From an uncultured Acidobacteriota bacterium (GTDB lineage Bacteria > Acidobacteriota > Vicinamibacteria > Vicinamibacterales > JAKQTR01), in assembly GCA_963843385.1 (NCBI GenBank), contig CAWJJY010000007.1:566028-630027 (forward strand): a stretch of 64,000 nt of DNA, given 5' to 3'. Shown in pieces: positions 19,056 through 29,263 of this stretch. Both the position numbers and the translations under genes were made by a program. The notes beneath the pieces are model-generated. The model saw only the letters and a program-made list of their open reading frames with translations, was not told the origin of the DNA and made no database searches. Position 1 is the first letter of the stretch. Each line of letters begins with the position of its first letter.

Positions 19056-21146
19056 TCAGCCCGGACACACCGCCGCCTGTCGGCCGGAGCCAGCCGGGGC
19101 CTGCGTCGCCGGCGCGGCCTGCTTCGGCCAGGCGTTGTCACTCGTGTCTTTGTCCGGAAAGCGGCAATCCGGGTCGAGAAGAATCGACTTGATGGGGCGG
19201 GCGCCGAAGTCGAGCGTTGCCTGGAACGTCCGGCTGCCGCCGAACCACACGTCGACCGGCCAGGTGACGACCGCTGTGGTCCCGTCGGCCATGTGCGCGT
19301 TCTTCATCGGCTTGATCGCCGGACCGCTATCCGCGAACTTCACCTTGAGGACCACCGGTGAGGGCATCTGCCCGCCCTGCCTCACCGTCACCGTCGTCCG
19401 CCCGCCTGTTGTCGTGACGCCGGCAATCGAACCATCCACCGATTCGGTCGTCCAGAGCCAGTAGTACCAGAACCAGCTCAGATCCTGCTTGAGCGCGTTG
19501 TTCATGAAGAACACGAAGTCCCAGGGTGACGGATGTTTGAAGGCCCACGTCTTCGTGTACTCGCTCATCGCGCGCTGGACCTCGGCATCGCCGACGATTC
19601 CGCCCAGCATCGACAGCATGAGCGGCGTCTTCGAGTAGGTCTGGAAGCTGTACATGTTGCCGGCGTAGTTGGCGATCCACATCATGGGCGGCTCCTCTTC
19701 GTTGCCGCTCATCCGGCCGTAGCTCTGACCCAGGCCGTTCAGGCTCGGCGGGAGGCTCCTGGTGTCGGCGGCCGACAGGATGTTCATGTACTGGTTGAAG
19801 CCCTCGTCCATCCAGCCGTACCAGGTTTCGTTGGTGCCGAGCATCATCGGCCACCACTGGTGCCCGGCCTCGTGGTCGGCCGCGCCCTGGTTCGAGTTGA
19901 TGACCATCGGGTACTCCATCCCCGCGCTGGGCCCGTCCTGAAGCGTCAGTTGCGGAAACGGATATGGCGCCCACAGCCGCGAGTAGAACTCGAGCGCGTG
20001 GCGGGCGACCTGGCCCGCGCGCGTGTACAGGTTCGCATGTTCGGGCTGGTAGACCATGTGGACAGGGATCGCGCCCTTGCCGGGAATCGTCGCGCGCGTC
20101 GCGCGCCAGACGTAGTTCTTCGCTGTTGCCCATGCGAAGTCGTTCACCATGTCCGCCACGTGGTGCCACACGAGCCGGTCGCCGGGCGCGGTGGCCGCGC
20201 CAGGCCCGACTTCGTCCTCGCCGACGATGGTGATCACCTCGTCAGACTCGAGCACGTGCGAGAGCCGCTCGCGCGCCTTCGGCGTCAGCACGTCCTGGGG
20301 ATTCTGAAGGACTCCGGTGCCGCTGACGACCCAGCCGGCGGGGACGTCGATCGTCACGTCGAAGCGACCGAAGTTGTTGTAGAACTCCGCGGGGCCGAGA
20401 TAGAGGCTGGTGTCCCACCCGCGAAGGTCGTCGTACTTCGCCACGCGCGGATACCACTGCGTCGGCTGAAACAGCGCGTCGTCGAACCGTTGCGTCATGC
20501 GGTGGCCCCGCCCGTTCGGGCCGCCGGGCAATTTCGTGTGCCAGGCGATCTCGAGCGTCGCATTCGATCGTGCCGAGATCGGCGTCGCGAGCGAGATTCG
20601 GGCCACCGTCTGGTCCAGGCCCGACGCCGCGAGTCGTCGCGCCGTCGTTCCACCTCTGCCCCGGCCGCCCTGCGGCGGCGCGGCGAGATCCACGGTCTCG
20701 CCGTTGACGCCGATGCGCGTCACCACCATGCCGTCGGTGTTCTCGGCCGGAACCGACATGCCTCGAGGCACGAGCCCCCTGAAGATGTTGTGATCCAGGC
20801 GGAGGAGGATCTCGGTCAGGTTCTGCGGGCCATCGTTGTGCAGCACGATCGTCTCGGTGCCCGTGAGCGTGTCGGTCGCCGGGTCCAGGCTCGCGCTGAT
20901 GGTGTAATCCGTCTGGAGTTGCCAGTAGTTCGGCCCTGGCCGGCCGGTGGTGTCGCGGGTGCCGGCCTCGAACGCGCGGCGAATGGAGTTGGTGAGCGGA
21001 ACCTCGCGCCTGATGGCGCGCGGAACCTCGGCCCTGGCCTGTGCGCCCGCGCCGCTTCCGGCCTGTGCGCGAATCGGCGACTCGTGGACACTCAGGAGCA
21101 CGATCGGGCAGATCAGTGTCAGGACCAATGCTACGCGGCGAATCAT
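19056..21146 (-). CDS. secreted M1-family zinc metallopeptidase (aminopeptidase N-like)
   Basis: HEAGHQWW (HExxH) is followed by WMDEGFNQY. A signal-like N-terminus (MIRRVALVLTLICPIVLLSV) begins at 21146, preceded by GGAGAG. Confidence 0.85.
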   Translation of the reverse strand: MIRRVALVLTLICPIVLLSVHESPIRAQAGSGAGAQARAEVPRAIRREVPLTNSIRRAFEAGTRDTTGRPGPNYWQLQTDYTISASLDPATDTLTGTETIVLHNDGPQNLTEILLRLDHNIFRGLVPRGMSVPAENTDGMVVTRIGVNGETVDLAAPPQGGRGRGGTTARRLAASGLDQTVARISLATPISARSNATLEIAWHTKLPGGPNGRGHRMTQRFDDALFQPTQWYPRVAKYDDLRGWDTSLYLGPAEFYNNFGRFDVTIDVPAGWVVSGTGVLQNPQDVLTPKARERLSHVLESDEVITIVGEDEVGPGAATAPGDRLVWHHVADMVNDFAWATAKNYVWRATRATIPGKGAIPVHMVYQPEHANLYTRAGQVARHALEFYSRLWAPYPFPQLTLQDGPSAGMEYPMVINSNQGAADHEAGHQWWPMMLGTNETWYGWMDEGFNQYMNILSAADTRSLPPSLNGLGQSYGRMSGNEEEPPMMWIANYAGNMYSFQTYSKTPLMLSMLGGIVGDAEVQRAMSEYTKTWAFKHPSPWDFVFFMNNALKQDLSWFWYYWLWTTESVDGSIAGVTTTGGRTTVTVRQGGQMPSPVVLKVKFADSGPAIKPMKNAHMADGTTAVVTWPVDVWFGGSRTFQATLDFGARPIKSILLDPDCRFPDKDTSDNAWPKQAAPATQAPAGSGRQAAVCPG

Positions 21147-21468
21147 GGGGGCTCTCCTGCCTGAGGACACGCCTTCCGTGACCTGGATGGTGATGGAGTG
21201 CATGGTATCGGCGCGACCGCATCACGGTCAACCCGGACCGCTCGAGTCCCGGCCTGCGTCGCCCTCGGTCGATGGTCCTGGCCGGCCCACCTCGGGCGAG
21301 ACGATTGCCTGATGGCGCTCTGCCAGCTGGATGCCGCCTCGCCTCGGCTATAATCGGCCGTCGCTGGTCAGCAATGTCATGCTCACCGGCCCTGCGGATC
21401 GCAAAACGGCGTGGATCAGGCCGCGCACCGGCATCAAGTGGCGACGGCTGGAATCGCGGGAGCGCAGC

Positions 21469-21906
21469 ATGCACACCCTGACTCATCTGGCGTTTGACTC
21501 ATTCCCGGCGGGGCGGGCCGGCGTGGCGCTCCTCGCGCTCAGGGCCTTCGTGGGCGTCGCGTTCATCCTTCATGGATTGGGCCGGATTCGCGATCTGCCA
21601 GGCTTCGCGGCGACGTACCACATCTCTTATGTGCAGGCGCTGGCAGCCAAGCTGATCCAACTCATCGGCGGCGCGTGTCTCATCGTCGGGTTCTTGACGC
21701 CGGTGGCGGGACTTGGCATTGCCGCGACGATGGTTGTAGCCACGCGGATCCTGCTTCGAAAAGGCGAGACCTTCATCAACCCGGTCGGGCACAGCTGGGA
21801 GAACTCCTCGTTCTACGTGCTGGCGGGAATCGTCATCGCGCTGCTTGGACCGGGCGGCTTCTCGATAGATGCGCTCCTGTTCTCGGGCCGCCTGTTGCAG
21901 CCTTGA
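21469..21906 (+). CDS. DoxX-family membrane protein
   Basis: A small 4-TM protein (about 145 aa) with LALRAFVGVAFILHGLGRI. I use the internal ATG at 21469 of ORF 21331..21906. Confidence 0.65.
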   Translation: MHTLTHLAFDSFPAGRAGVALLALRAFVGVAFILHGLGRIRDLPGFAATYHISYVQALAAKLIQLIGGACLIVGFLTPVAGLGIAATMVVATRILLRKGETFINPVGHSWENSSFYVLAGIVIALLGPGGFSIDALLFSGRLLQP

Positions 21907-21972
21907 TCGGTCCCGCGAACGGGCCTTTCCATCCGTCGGCTCAGATGTTACTGCGGCGTGCTTCTTGCGGCG

Positions 21973-22006
21973 TTGACACCGCCCGGCTGCGGAGTATCAT
22001 CCGCAG
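21973..22006 (+). promoter_or_regulatory. sigma70-like promoter (TTGACA-N16-TATCAT) with a palindrome overlapping the -10, upstream of the nuclease gene
   Basis: TTGACA lies at 21973-21978 and TATCAT at 21995-22000. The palindrome CTGCGGA-GTATCA-TCCGCAG spans 21987-22006. Confidence 0.4.
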
Positions 22007-22173
22007 GACTTCTTCCTCCGGCCTCTGGTCGGACCCTCGCGGGAGAGGTCTGGTATTGCCCTGACTCAGGGGCCAGCAATGTTGTCGCCCGACCCCCGGA
22101 TCCGCGCAAGCCACAAGCACTCTTCTTGAACTGAGGTCGATCGTGAGGTTGAAGTCTCGCCATCATCTGTTGG

Positions 22174-25100
22174 GTGTTCGCTCGCCTTTGCCCACAGCCG
22201 CTGTCAGCGTGTTGGCCGTCGTGCTGGCGTTTGCTGGCGCTTCAGAACCCCGCCGCCGGTGTTTCATCGAACATTGTGATCAGCGAGTTCCGCGTGCGAG
22301 GCCCTGTTGGGGGCAACGACGAGTTCGTTGAGCTGTACAACCTGTCGTCGTCTCCGGTAGACATCAGCGGCTGGAAGATCAAGGGATCGAACAACGCTGC
22401 CGGCACGAGCGTTCGCCTGACCGTCCAGGCAGGGACGGTGCTCAATCCCGGATGCCACTTCCTGGCCACCAATTCGAATATCGGCGGACCTTACAGCGGG
22501 AGTGTCCCTGGGGACCAGAGATACGGCACGGGAATCACCGATGACGGCGGTATCGTGCTGACCCGAGGCGATGATTCAGTGGTCGACCAGGTCGGCATGA
22601 GCTCCGGGTCAGCGTTCAAAGAGGGGACGCCGTTGACCAGCCTCGGCAGCTTGAACCTGGACCGCGAATACGAACGAATGCCGGGCTCACTCGCCGGCAA
22701 CGGTACAGACACCGACAACAACGCCGGTGATTTCTTGCTCGTCTCACCGAGCAACCCCCAGAACCTGTCCTCAGCGTGCATCGCAGATACCGGTCCGACA
22801 CCGCCAACCGGCGTAGGTGCGGCATCGCCGGCGTCGTTGGTCGCTGGAGAACAGGCCACGCTCGTCGTGACGGTGACGCCGGGCGCGAATCCGATCAGCT
22901 CGGGGATCGCCGTTGCAGCCGACCTGGGCGCGATCGGTGGATCCTCCACACAGTCGTTCTTCGACGATGGATCCAACGGCGACGTGACGGCTGGAGATAA
23001 CGTGTGTTCCTTCAACGCCACGGTCTCCCCTGGCACATCAGTGGGCGCCAAGTCGCTGCCGTTCGTCGTCAGCGATGTCCAGGTGCGATCGAGCCCAGGG
23101 TCGATCATCCTGATGGTCGTCCCTCCCCCCATGCCGATTCACTCCATCCAGGGAGCAGGCAGCACCTCCCCCTTCGTCGGGCAACTCGTGACCACGCATG
23201 GGATCGTCACCGCCAGGCGATTCAACAACGGCTTCTTCATCCAGACGCCGGATGCGTTGGTCGACGGCGACCCGAACACATCCGAAGGGATCTTCGTGTT
23301 CACGAGCAGTGTGCCGCCGGCCATGGCGTCGGTCGGCGCCTACGTCCAGGTGACCGGCACGGCAGCAGAGTTCGTACCCGACGCAAACGGTCCATCGACC
23401 ACCGAGATCGCGTCGCCGATCGTCTCGGCGCTGTGCTCCACGTATCCGATGCAATTGGCGGTGACGCTGACGGCGGCTGACCTTCCGGCCGACGGGACGC
23501 TCGACCAGCTCGAGCGGATCGAAGGCATGCGCGTGCTGGTGCCGTCGCTGCGAACCGTGAGCCCGACACAGGGGTCGGTCAACGAACCTAACGCGACGAG
23601 CACGTCCAACGGCGTCTTCTATGCGGTCATCGACGGCGTCGCGCGACCCTTTCGGGAGCCCGGCATCCAGGTGGGCGATCCGCTTCCGCCCGGCGCGCCG
23701 CCGACGGTCCCTCGATTCGACTTCAACCCGGAGCGTCTGCGCGTCGACAGCGACGGACAGATTGGAGCGACGCGGATCGAGGCGACCTCCGGGGCGCTGT
23801 TGACTGATGTGACTGGCGTTCTCGACTACGGAGCGCGGACCTGGACGATTCTGCCCGACGTCGCGGCGCCGCCCGTGGTTTCAGGGCTAATCGATGCCAC
23901 GCCGGTGCCGGTGCCCGACACCAATGAGTTCACCGTCGCCTCGTTCAACCTCGAGCGTTTCTACGACACGGTTAACGACCCGGGCGTCAGCGACGTAGCG
24001 CTCACGCCTGCCGCGTTCGCGAACAGGTTGAACAAGGCATCGCTCGCTATCCGGGGCGTCATGCTTTCACCCGACATCCTCGGCGTCGAGGAGGTCGAGA
24101 ACCTCACGACCCTGCAGGCATTGGCGACGAAGCTCAACACCGACACCGTTGCGGCGGGCGACCCGGATCCCGGCTACATCGCTCACCTGCACGAAGGTAA
24201 CGATATCGGCGGAATCGACGTCGGGATCCTGGTCAAGACTTCGCGAGTCGGGGTCGTTGGCGTCACGCACGAAGGGAAGGACACGACATTCATCGAACCC
24301 GGCGGCGCTCAGGCGATCCTCAACGACCGGCCTCCGCTGGTGCTTGAGGCGCTTGTGCACGGGCCGACCGGATTGCTGCCGGTTACGGTGATCGTGAACC
24401 ACCTCCGTTCGCTTGGTGCCATCGACGACCCGGTCGACGGCCCCCGCGTGCGGGCGAAGCGGTTGGCGCAGGCCGAGTTCCTGGCGACTCTGATCCAGGT
24501 GCGGCAGGCTGCGCACCCGGCCGAGCGCATCATCTCGGTAGGTGACTACAACGCCTTCCAGGTCAACGACGGTTACGTCGACGTGATTAGCAGCGTCAAG
24601 GGGACGCCGGCACCCGCCGACCAGGTCGTCCTTGCGGGCGCGGATCTCGTGAACCCGGACCTGACCGACCTGGTGGACCTCGTGCCTGCCAGCGAGCGCT
24701 ACTCGTACTCATTTGACGGCTCGGCGCAGGTGCTGGACCACATCATTGTGAACAGCGCCGCGCTCAAGCGCCTGAGCCAGATCCACTTCGCACGGTCCAA
24801 CTCGGACTTCCCGGAGTCCTATCGATCGGATGCGACGCGGCCCGAACGGCTGTCCGACCACGACATGCCGGTGGCGTACTTCTCGTCGGCGCCGATTCTC
24901 CACCTGCTCGGCCTCAATCCGATGACCGTCGAACTGGGCGCCGACTTCACGGATCCGGGCGCGACAGCGTTCGACGACGATCTGGGCGACATCTCATCGT
25001 CGATTATCGTGACGGGAACCGTTGGTACCCACACCATCGGGAGCTACACGCTCACCTACAGCGTGAGCAACGGCTACACGACGACGACCGTCACCAGGAC

Positions 25101-25461
25101 CGTCAACGTGGTGGATACGACGTCGCCCGTCATCGCGGCGGTCTCGCCGAACCCGTCGATCCTGTGGCCCCCGAACCACCAGTTCACCAGGGTTGGCCTG
25201 GCCTACTCGGTTACCGACAACAGCGGCGTGGCCGTCTGCTCGGCGGCGGTATTGAGCAATGAGCCGATCGACGGAACTGGCGACGGCGACACCTCGCCGG
25301 ACTGGCTGGTGTTCGACGGCACCACCCTTCAATTGCGAGCGGAGCGGGCCGGGGGAGGGTCCGGCCGCAGCTACACCATCACCGTGACGTGTCGAGACGC
25401 GTCGGGCAACGCCGCGACACAGAGCGCGGCAGTGAATGTGCCGAAGAGCAAGGGCAAATAG
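22174..25461 (+). CDS. ExeM/NucH-type extracellular nuclease: lamin-tail domain + endonuclease/exonuclease/phosphatase domain + C-terminal Ig-like (DUF5011/HYR-like) domains
   Basis: The LTD shows IVISEFRVRG...NDEFVELYNLS..PVDISGWKI. The EEP domain shows FTVASFNLERFYD, DHIIVN and SDHDMPVAYF. The C-terminal part includes ...FTDPGATAFDD..GDIS..I.VTGTV. The true N-terminus probably starts at the GTG at 22143 in another frame (see findings). Confidence 0.85.
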   Translation: MFARLCPQPLSACWPSCWRLLALQNPAAGVSSNIVISEFRVRGPVGGNDEFVELYNLSSSPVDISGWKIKGSNNAAGTSVRLTVQAGTVLNPGCHFLATNSNIGGPYSGSVPGDQRYGTGITDDGGIVLTRGDDSVVDQVGMSSGSAFKEGTPLTSLGSLNLDREYERMPGSLAGNGTDTDNNAGDFLLVSPSNPQNLSSACIADTGPTPPTGVGAASPASLVAGEQATLVVTVTPGANPISSGIAVAADLGAIGGSSTQSFFDDGSNGDVTAGDNVCSFNATVSPGTSVGAKSLPFVVSDVQVRSSPGSIILMVVPPPMPIHSIQGAGSTSPFVGQLVTTHGIVTARRFNNGFFIQTPDALVDGDPNTSEGIFVFTSSVPPAMASVGAYVQVTGTAAEFVPDANGPSTTEIASPIVSALCSTYPMQLAVTLTAADLPADGTLDQLERIEGMRVLVPSLRTVSPTQGSVNEPNATSTSNGVFYAVIDGVARPFREPGIQVGDPLPPGAPPTVPRFDFNPERLRVDSDGQIGATRIEATSGALLTDVTGVLDYGARTWTILPDVAAPPVVSGLIDATPVPVPDTNEFTVASFNLERFYDTVNDPGVSDVALTPAAFANRLNKASLAIRGVMLSPDILGVEEVENLTTLQALATKLNTDTVAAGDPDPGYIAHLHEGNDIGGIDVGILVKTSRVGVVGVTHEGKDTTFIEPGGAQAILNDRPPLVLEALVHGPTGLLPVTVIVNHLRSLGAIDDPVDGPRVRAKRLAQAEFLATLIQVRQAAHPAERIISVGDYNAFQVNDGYVDVISSVKGTPAPADQVVLAGADLVNPDLTDLVDLVPASERYSYSFDGSAQVLDHIIVNSAALKRLSQIHFARSNSDFPESYRSDATRPERLSDHDMPVAYFSSAPILHLLGLNPMTVELGADFTDPGATAFDDDLGDISSSIIVTGTVGTHTIGSYTLTYSVSNGYTTTTVTRTVNVVDTTSPVIAAVSPNPSILWPPNHQFTRVGLAYSVTDNSGVAVCSAAVLSNEPIDGTGDGDTSPDWLVFDGTTLQLRAERAGGGSGRSYTITVTCRDASGNAATQSAAVNVPKSKGK

Positions 25462-25472
25462 GCGAAGAAAGA

Positions 25473-25517
25473 GGACGGGCGAGTTGTCCGCGGGTCACGT
25501 GGGCAACTCGCCCGTCC
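25473..25517 (+). terminator. strong stem-loop just downstream of the nuclease gene (14-bp perfect stem, 17-nt loop)
   Basis: GGACGGGCGAGTTG (25473-25486) pairs with CAACTCGCCCGTCC (25504-25517). No U-tract follows, so classification as an intrinsic terminator is tentative. Confidence 0.45.
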
Positions 25518-26023
25518 CTACCAGCCACAGCGCCAGACCTTGACGATTCCCGCCCGCCGAAGCGCGATCGGGCCTCAGTTCATCCGCCGCAGACGCACCA
25601 CCGTGTGATAGCATGTCGGCCTTCATCCGATCCGACCGGCTGCCACCATTGATCACGCCAATAGGGCTGACGCCGAATGGGCCCCTGCGGCATGAGCGCA
25701 TTGGCGCGCCGCTCCCCTCGGAGTTGACAGCCTTCGAACCGATCGCGTTTCCCGAATAGCAGCACGACCGCTTTGGCAGGAGCGGAGACGGACTCGAGCG
25801 CCGGCTGGTTTGAGTCGCGGTGTGCGTTCATGTCGAGTTCTGTTCGACGAAGGCCGCCGTCAGGTTTCGGCATCGGGTCGATGGCTCGGATGCAGGTAAC
25901 TGCCGTGGACCCGTCCTGTTGATCGTGATGAATGACCCCAGGGAGGTGAACGGAAGCTCGGCGCAAAGGGGGCGGGCCTTTCGGGCCATGGTGGCGCCAG
26001 CCGGACTGTGCGGATCGCACTGG

Positions 26024-29000
26024 ATGTCGCGGCGCAGTACGCCGCGGGAGGAGCGCAAGGTGAAACTCCAGAATGGTGTTGCCGCCGTCGTGATCGTCGC
26101 AGTGTGCGTCATCCCGGTCGCTGCGCAGTTCCTGCCTGGAACCACCACGCGGGTGAGCAGGGCGAACGACGCCATCCAGTCGAATGGGCCTTCATCCAGG
26201 CCCGCGATCAGCGCGGACGGGCGGTACGTCGCATTCGACTCCTTGGCCAGCACCCTGGTGCCGGGCGACACCAACGGCGCCTATGACATCTTCGTCCACG
26301 ACCGCGACACCAGCATGACCACTCGGGTCAGTGTGGCAACCGGCGGCACGCAGGGGAATTCATCCTCCTTCGCCCCCGCGATCAGCGCGGACGGGCGGTA
26401 CGTCGCGTTCGGCTCCGGCGCCAGCAACCTGGCAGCGGGCGACACGAACCTCTGGGGCGATGTGTTCGTGCACGATCGCGTCACAGGCATCACCACGCGG
26501 GTCAGCGTGGCGAGCGACGGCACCCAGGGGGATTCAGACTCCACCTCTCCCGCGATCAGCGCGGACGGGCGATTTGTCGCGTTCTACTCCTACGCCGACA
26601 ACTTGGTGGCGGGCGACACCAACGGGGCGTATGACGTCTTCGTCCATGATCGCGACACAGGCGTCACGACGCGCGTCAGTGTAGCGTCCAACGGAACCCA
26701 GGGAAACGGCCAGTCCCTCAACTCCGCGATCAGCGCGGACGGACGGTACGTCACGTTTGAGTCCAGGGCGAGCAACCTCGTGACGGGCGACACCAATGGC
26801 TGGGCGGATGTGTTCGTCCACGATCGCGCGACGGGCGCTACGACACGGGTGAGTGCGGGGAGCAACGGCACCGAGTGGGACTCACCCTCCAGCCTTCCCG
26901 CGATCAGCGCGGACGGGCGGTACGTCGCGTTCGGATCCTCGGCCACCAACCTGGTGCCGGGCGATACGAACAACTCGGACGATGTCTTCGTTCACGACCG
27001 CGCGACCGGCGCCACGACGCGGGTGAGTGTGGCATTCGACGGCACGGAAGGGAACGGCCATTCCTTCCCGTCGGCGATCAGCGCGGACGGGCGGAATGTC
27101 GTGTTCGCGTCTGACTCCAACAACCTGGTGGCGGGCGACACCAACGGCGTCCGTGACGTCTTTGTCCACGATCGCGAGACTGGCGCGACGTTGCGGGTGA
27201 GCGTGGCAACCGGCGGCGTCCAGGGGAATGACGGTTCCGAGTACGTCGCCGCAATCAGCGCGGACGGGCGGAGCATCGCGTTCGTATCCTCAGCCAGCAA
27301 CCTGGTGTGGAGCGACAGCAATGGTTACATGGACGTCTTTGTCCACGTCGTGGGGGCGCCGCCGACATTAGCGGGCATCGAGCCGGCGGAGGGGCCGACT
27401 CCAGGTGGGACCGGCGTCACGCTGACCGGTACGGACTTCGTGACGGGTGCCACTGTGGCCTTTGGCGGTGCGCCAGCAGCGGTGGTGACCGTGCTCGACG
27501 CCAACACGATCACAGCCACCGCGCCGGCTCACGCGGCGGGTCCCGTGGATGTGGTGGTGACCAATCCCGACACGCAACCGGGGAGGCTGGCAGGCGGGTT
27601 CACCTACATGGCGTGCACGTTCACTATTGACCCGAGCTCCACCAATCCGGGCGCCGCTGGCGGAGCCGGCGGCGTTGCGGTGACGGCGAACAGATCGGAC
27701 TGCAGCTGGGCTGCGGTCAGCAACGGTGCATGGATCGCCGTCAGCCCGGGCAGCGCGGTCGGAACCGGCAGTGGGACGGTGAACTACTCCATTGCGGCGA
27801 ACCCGCTGCATGCGAGCCGGCTGGGAACGATGACCGTCGCGGGGCAGACCTTCACGGTCACCCAGGCGGGCGTCGTCTGCGCGTTCACGATCGATCCGAC
27901 GGCGGTGAGTCTTGGCGCGTCTGGCGGGGCCGGCAGCGTGGCGCTGACAACCAACGCCACGGACTGCGGCTGGACGGCGGTCAGTCAAGTGTCGTGGATC
28001 CAGGTTACCGGAGGCGGAAGCGGGACGGGCAATGGGACAGTGCAGTATCAGGTCCCCGCGAATCTGACGCCCGGGGCGCGCCAGGGCGGTGTCCTGATTG
28101 GGGGGCGAAGCTTCAGCGTGTCTCAGGCGAATCCAAGTACGGTGCCCGGGCCACCCGGCGGACTGATTGGATCGTCAACCGGGTCATCACTCACGTTGTC
28201 GTGGACGGCGCCGAGCACCGGGGGCCTGCCCACGGCCTTCATCATCGAGGCGGGATCATCTCCTGGCCTGTTGAATCTCGCGAACTTTTCGACGGGCAAC
28301 TCGTTCACCTTCTTCTCTGCGAACGGCGTCCCCAACGGTCTCTACTTCGTGCGGGTTCGCGCGACAAACGGATTCGGCACGAGCGGGCCCTCAAACGAAG
28401 TGCAGGTCCGCGTGGGCCCACCGCCGCCTGGCGCCCCGACTGGATTGACGGCAGGTGCTGCCGGGTCGACCGTCACGCTTTCGTGGAATGCTCCAACGGG
28501 AGGCGCCGCGCCGACGGCCTACATAATCGAGGCCGGGTCCGCTGCCGGCCTGGCGGACCTGGCCAACTTCTCGACGGGCAACACGCTGACCGCCTTTTCG
28601 GCAGCCGGCGTAGCCAACGGGACCTACCACGTTCGGGTGCGCGCCACCAACGTGGTAGGACCAGGCGAACCGTCGAACGAGGTCATTCTTCAGGTTGGGC
28701 CTCCGCCGCCAGGTCCGCCGAGCGGTTTCAGCGCGTCGGCCATCGGGTGGACGGTGAGCATGTCCTGGAACGCGCCGACGACGGGCGGTCCGCCGAACTC
28801 GTACACGATTGAAGCGGGAACGGGACCAGGCTTGTCGAATCTGGCCAATCTCGCGACCAACAACGTGCTCACCACGTTTTCGACGAGTGGGGTGGCGGAT
28901 GGCGCGTATTACCTGCGGGTGCGCGCGAGCAACGCGTACGGCTCGAGCGCCCCATCGAATGAAGCGTTACTCTACGTCGGCTGCCCGGGACCTCCCGGAA

Positions 29001-29263
29001 CGCCGGCCAATCTCCACGTGACGGCCAATAGTGGAGGCACCCTCGCTTTCGCTTGGAACGCGGCAAGCGGATCGCCAAGCTCATACATCTTCCACGCCGG
29101 ATCGACCTCAGGTGAAAACGACCTCGCGAGCATCGACGTTGGCAATACGCTGTCGTTCAACGCGTCGGGAGTGCCAAGCGGGACCTACTTCATTCACGTC
29201 CACGGCGAGAACGCGTGTGGCGTAGGCGGCGCGTCGAACGTCGCAACGGTGATCGTGCCCTAG
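26024..29263 (+). CDS. giant secreted repeat protein: 7x PD40/TolB-like beta-propeller blades, an IPT/TIG domain, 2 Ig-like (BACON-type) domains and 4 Fn3-like repeats
   Basis: A signal peptide (KLQNGVAAVVIVAVCVIPVAAQ) is present. There are seven 58-aa units ISADGR.V.F.S.A.NLV.GDTNG..DVFVHDR.TG.TTRVS. An IPT-like segment reads IEPAEGPTPGGTGVTLTGTDF. Two C..C.W......WI...G.G.V.Y.V..N....R.G...V.Q units follow, then four units of about 94 aa of the form ...L..SW.AP..G..P..Y.IEAG...G...LA.....N........V..G.Y.VRVRA.N..G...PSNE. An alternative start is the GTG at 26060, preceded by GGGAGGAG. Confidence 0.8.
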   Translation: MSRRSTPREERKVKLQNGVAAVVIVAVCVIPVAAQFLPGTTTRVSRANDAIQSNGPSSRPAISADGRYVAFDSLASTLVPGDTNGAYDIFVHDRDTSMTTRVSVATGGTQGNSSSFAPAISADGRYVAFGSGASNLAAGDTNLWGDVFVHDRVTGITTRVSVASDGTQGDSDSTSPAISADGRFVAFYSYADNLVAGDTNGAYDVFVHDRDTGVTTRVSVASNGTQGNGQSLNSAISADGRYVTFESRASNLVTGDTNGWADVFVHDRATGATTRVSAGSNGTEWDSPSSLPAISADGRYVAFGSSATNLVPGDTNNSDDVFVHDRATGATTRVSVAFDGTEGNGHSFPSAISADGRNVVFASDSNNLVAGDTNGVRDVFVHDRETGATLRVSVATGGVQGNDGSEYVAAISADGRSIAFVSSASNLVWSDSNGYMDVFVHVVGAPPTLAGIEPAEGPTPGGTGVTLTGTDFVTGATVAFGGAPAAVVTVLDANTITATAPAHAAGPVDVVVTNPDTQPGRLAGGFTYMACTFTIDPSSTNPGAAGGAGGVAVTANRSDCSWAAVSNGAWIAVSPGSAVGTGSGTVNYSIAANPLHASRLGTMTVAGQTFTVTQAGVVCAFTIDPTAVSLGASGGAGSVALTTNATDCGWTAVSQVSWIQVTGGGSGTGNGTVQYQVPANLTPGARQGGVLIGGRSFSVSQANPSTVPGPPGGLIGSSTGSSLTLSWTAPSTGGLPTAFIIEAGSSPGLLNLANFSTGNSFTFFSANGVPNGLYFVRVRATNGFGTSGPSNEVQVRVGPPPPGAPTGLTAGAAGSTVTLSWNAPTGGAAPTAYIIEAGSAAGLADLANFSTGNTLTAFSAAGVANGTYHVRVRATNVVGPGEPSNEVILQVGPPPPGPPSGFSASAIGWTVSMSWNAPTTGGPPNSYTIEAGTGPGLSNLANLATNNVLTTFSTSGVADGAYYLRVRASNAYGSSAPSNEALLYVGCPGPPGTPANLHVTANSGGTLAFAWNAASGSPSSYIFHAGSTSGENDLASIDVGNTLSFNASGVPSGTYFIHVHGENACGVGGASNVATVIVP

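Noticed and set aside
25518-26023. A 500-bp gap with overlapping minus-strand ORFs (25495..25701 and 25580..26020), considered as a possible small gene or transposase remnant.
   Set aside because: The translations have no recognisable motifs, and their composition is typical of non-coding high-GC sequence. I could not define any TIRs or a promoter.
26207-27350. Regularly spaced, near-identical DNA repeats that might have been a CRISPR-like array or a satellite.
   Set aside because: The period is 174 bp, the repeats lie entirely inside one long ORF, and they translate to seven PD40 propeller blades. They are coding repeats, not repeat-spacer units.
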